The notes beneath the pieces are model-generated. The model was not told where the DNA came from, searched no databases, and saw nothing but the letters and a program-made list of their open reading frames with translations. Below, piece after piece: positions 62,651 through 64,000 of a DNA stretch of 64,000 bases. Origin of the DNA: an uncultured Gammaproteobacteria bacterium. Lineage in GTDB: Bacteria; Patescibacteriota; Microgenomatia; UBA8517; UBA10165. The position numbers and the translations under genes were made by a program. Where the stretch lies: the NCBI GenBank assembly GCA_964366515.1, contig CAYIUF010000001.1:51388-115387 (forward strand), written 5' to 3'. Each line of letters opens with the position of its first letter. Position 1 is the stretch's first letter.

Positions 62651-64000
62651 GGAAGTTTTTCCAAGGGGTTTGTTCTCCACCCACGAAATACGATGTAGTT
62701 TATTGGATCTCTAATCTCAAAAACTAATTCTAAATTGTGTTCTTTCGCTTGCCCAGGAGAAATTGCAAGTTCATCTCCTACAATAATCTGTGCCCTTAAT
62801 GGATCTTTTCCCCAATCAAGGTTTCTGGTCTCAATGTTTGCGAATTTATAATAGTCATCAAAAAACAAATCTGTGTAATATCTATCCTTTATTCCTTTGT
62901 CGGTTTCCATTTGAAATTTATCTGGAGGATATTGGAGATGGAATGCTAACATTACGTATGCAGGTTTTATTCTTGAACGCTCAATTAAAAAATGAGCATT
63001 CGGCCTTTTTTTGATTTCTTCGGCAAGCTGTTGGAAACCATAACCCCAAACCTTTGCCCTTTCTGCAGGCAGGAAAACAAAATATGATCTCCAAAGAAGA
63101 ACTAAAGACCCAAGTATTAATAGAATTGCCAAAGAAAGCCAAAGTTTAATCTGCCTTCCTGCAATTAGCTTATCTATTCCAAGTGTTGTAATTGCGATTA
63201 TGGGCAAAACAAGTGGAAACGCTCTATGCGAGGCAAACGGGTCACGGGTTAATGCAGCAGGCAGGGGAGAAATCAGCATAAGCATTATCAAAACCCGATA
63301 AATCATCTCTTTTCTTCTCTTCCATAAAAAATACAACCCAACTAAATATGGAATAGCCATCCACGGGTAAAAAACAGCCAGTTCAGGCATAGATCTTTGG
63401 AGATCAGGGTCCGGAATAAAAAACAGAGGCCCTGGGGAAAAATATTGAATATAATTTGCCAGAAATTCACGCAGAAAACCTAAAAGTATAGAAACCTGCA
63501 TAGGCAGAAAATGTGCTATCTTTTCTGCCTGGGATGCAACTGTTGCTGAAAAGAGACTCTTCTTTGGGAAGAAAGCCGGAGTAAACAAAATAGTAAGATG
63601 TGGAATTTGTGTGATGAGGCCCACCGCAAAGGCCGGGATTAATTCAAATTTTTTTATCTTTGAAAATAAATCTTTTCTAAAGAGGAGTGTGAAACCAATT
63701 ACGTACAGCGGCGCCAGGAAGCGCTCAGTATATGCTGTATAGGAAGAAGCAGAAAGAAAAAAAATACTTAGAGCAAAAAGTGCCGGCCTTTTTAAACCCC
63801 AGATAGAAAACAAAACCCCCAAGCAAAAAAACAAGAAGGCCAAGCCAACCTCATCTCCAAGGCGGCTATACAAAACTACCCATGGAGATATTGTAAAGAG
63901 TAAAGTTCCAAGAAGAACTGAAGTTTTGTTTATTTTTAAAAGCCTCAGGAACAAAAAAGTAGTGACAATCAAAAGAAGTCCCGTCAAAGCCGCAACAAAC
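62647..64000 (-). CDS. polytopic GT-C-type membrane protein (putative glycosyltransferase), probably 5' partial at window edge
   Basis: At least 12 TM helices. The reading frame stays open upstream of the TTG called by the tool to the end of the window. Confidence 0.45.
   Translation of the reverse strand, partial: FVAALTGLLLIVTTFLFLRLLKINKTSVLLGTLLFTISPWVVLYSRLGDEVGLAFLFFCLGVLFSIWGLKRPALFALSIFFLSASSYTAYTERFLAPLYVIGFTLLFRKDLFSKIKKFELIPAFAVGLITQIPHLTILFTPAFFPKKSLFSATVASQAEKIAHFLPMQVSILLGFLREFLANYIQYFSPGPLFFIPDPDLQRSMPELAVFYPWMAIPYLVGLYFLWKRRKEMIYRVLIMLMLISPLPAALTRDPFASHRAFPLVLPIIAITTLGIDKLIAGRQIKLWLSLAILLILGSLVLLWRSYFVFLPAERAKVWGYGFQQLAEEIKKRPNAHFLIERSRIKPAYVMLAFHLQYPPDKFQMETDKGIKDRYYTDLFFDDYYKFANIETRNLDWGKDPLRAQIIVGDELAISPGQAKEHNLELVFEIRDPINYIVFRGWRTNPLEKLP

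Noticed and set aside
1-64000. CRISPR arrays, transposases/integrases, rRNA genes
   Set aside because: No short direct repeats with regular spacers were seen. No DDE/tyrosine-recombinase-like ORFs. No rRNA-like conserved stretches. The only mobility hint is the tRNA-Gln 3'-end duplication.

Overview
This 64 kb window is dense (around 90 percent coding) and looks like a fragment of a small-genome, monoderm bacterium, most plausibly a Candidate Phyla Radiation / Patescibacteria-like lineage. That lineage call is inferred from gene content only. Base composition is moderate-GC, judged by eye and not computed.

Recognisable housekeeping content:
- tRNA synthetases and translation: gltX; serS; proS lacking the editing domain (a Cys4 zinc ribbon sits in its place); a class I lysyl-tRNA synthetase; the C-terminus of a class II Asp/Asn-type synthetase at the window edge; prfB without a frameshift site (so standard code, UGA is a stop); greA; trmD; tgt; tsaE plus a truncated tsaB.
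- Proteostasis and secretion: lon; secA; ftsE-ftsX followed by an EnvC-like M23 activator.
- DNA metabolism: rarA; dinB; an alkA-like glycosylase; a bacterial type IB topoisomerase; nrnA.
- Cell wall: a D-Ala-D-Ala carboxypeptidase; an L,D-transpeptidase; an RlpA-like DPBB protein; a thioredoxin-like/CcdA pair.
- RNA genes: two minus-strand tRNA genes (Gln-CUG, Glu-CUC).

Accessory content worth attention:
1. A 10 kb tandem array of polyprenyl-phosphate sugar synthase (GT2, one GtrA-fused) and ArnT/PMT-like GT-C transferase modules, with a TMTC-like TPR membrane protein and another GT-C gene at the window end. Candidate substrates with Pro/Thr-rich linkers include an LPETG-anchored protein and a lamin-tail-domain protein.
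2. A defence-type island at 54.3-62.7 kb: a Cas4-like PD-(D/E)XK/Fe-S nuclease, a RelE/ParE-Phd/YefM toxin-antitoxin pair with a textbook promoter and operator, three small unknown genes, an Eco57I/MmeI-like Type IIG restriction-modification fusion enzyme plus a separate beta-class DNA methyltransferase, and a divergently transcribed cysteine-free UDG-superfamily protein.
3. Three visibly GC-richer islets: pyrE-pyrF; an orphan gene at 9.5 kb with its own promoter, RBS and terminator; and a two-gene cassette at 41.4-42.1 kb driven by a consensus sigma70 promoter through a roughly 265-nt structured leader.
4. Recurrent extended -10 elements placed only 6-9 nt from start codons, which implies leaderless mRNAs.

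No CRISPR array, transposase, integrase or rRNA was found.
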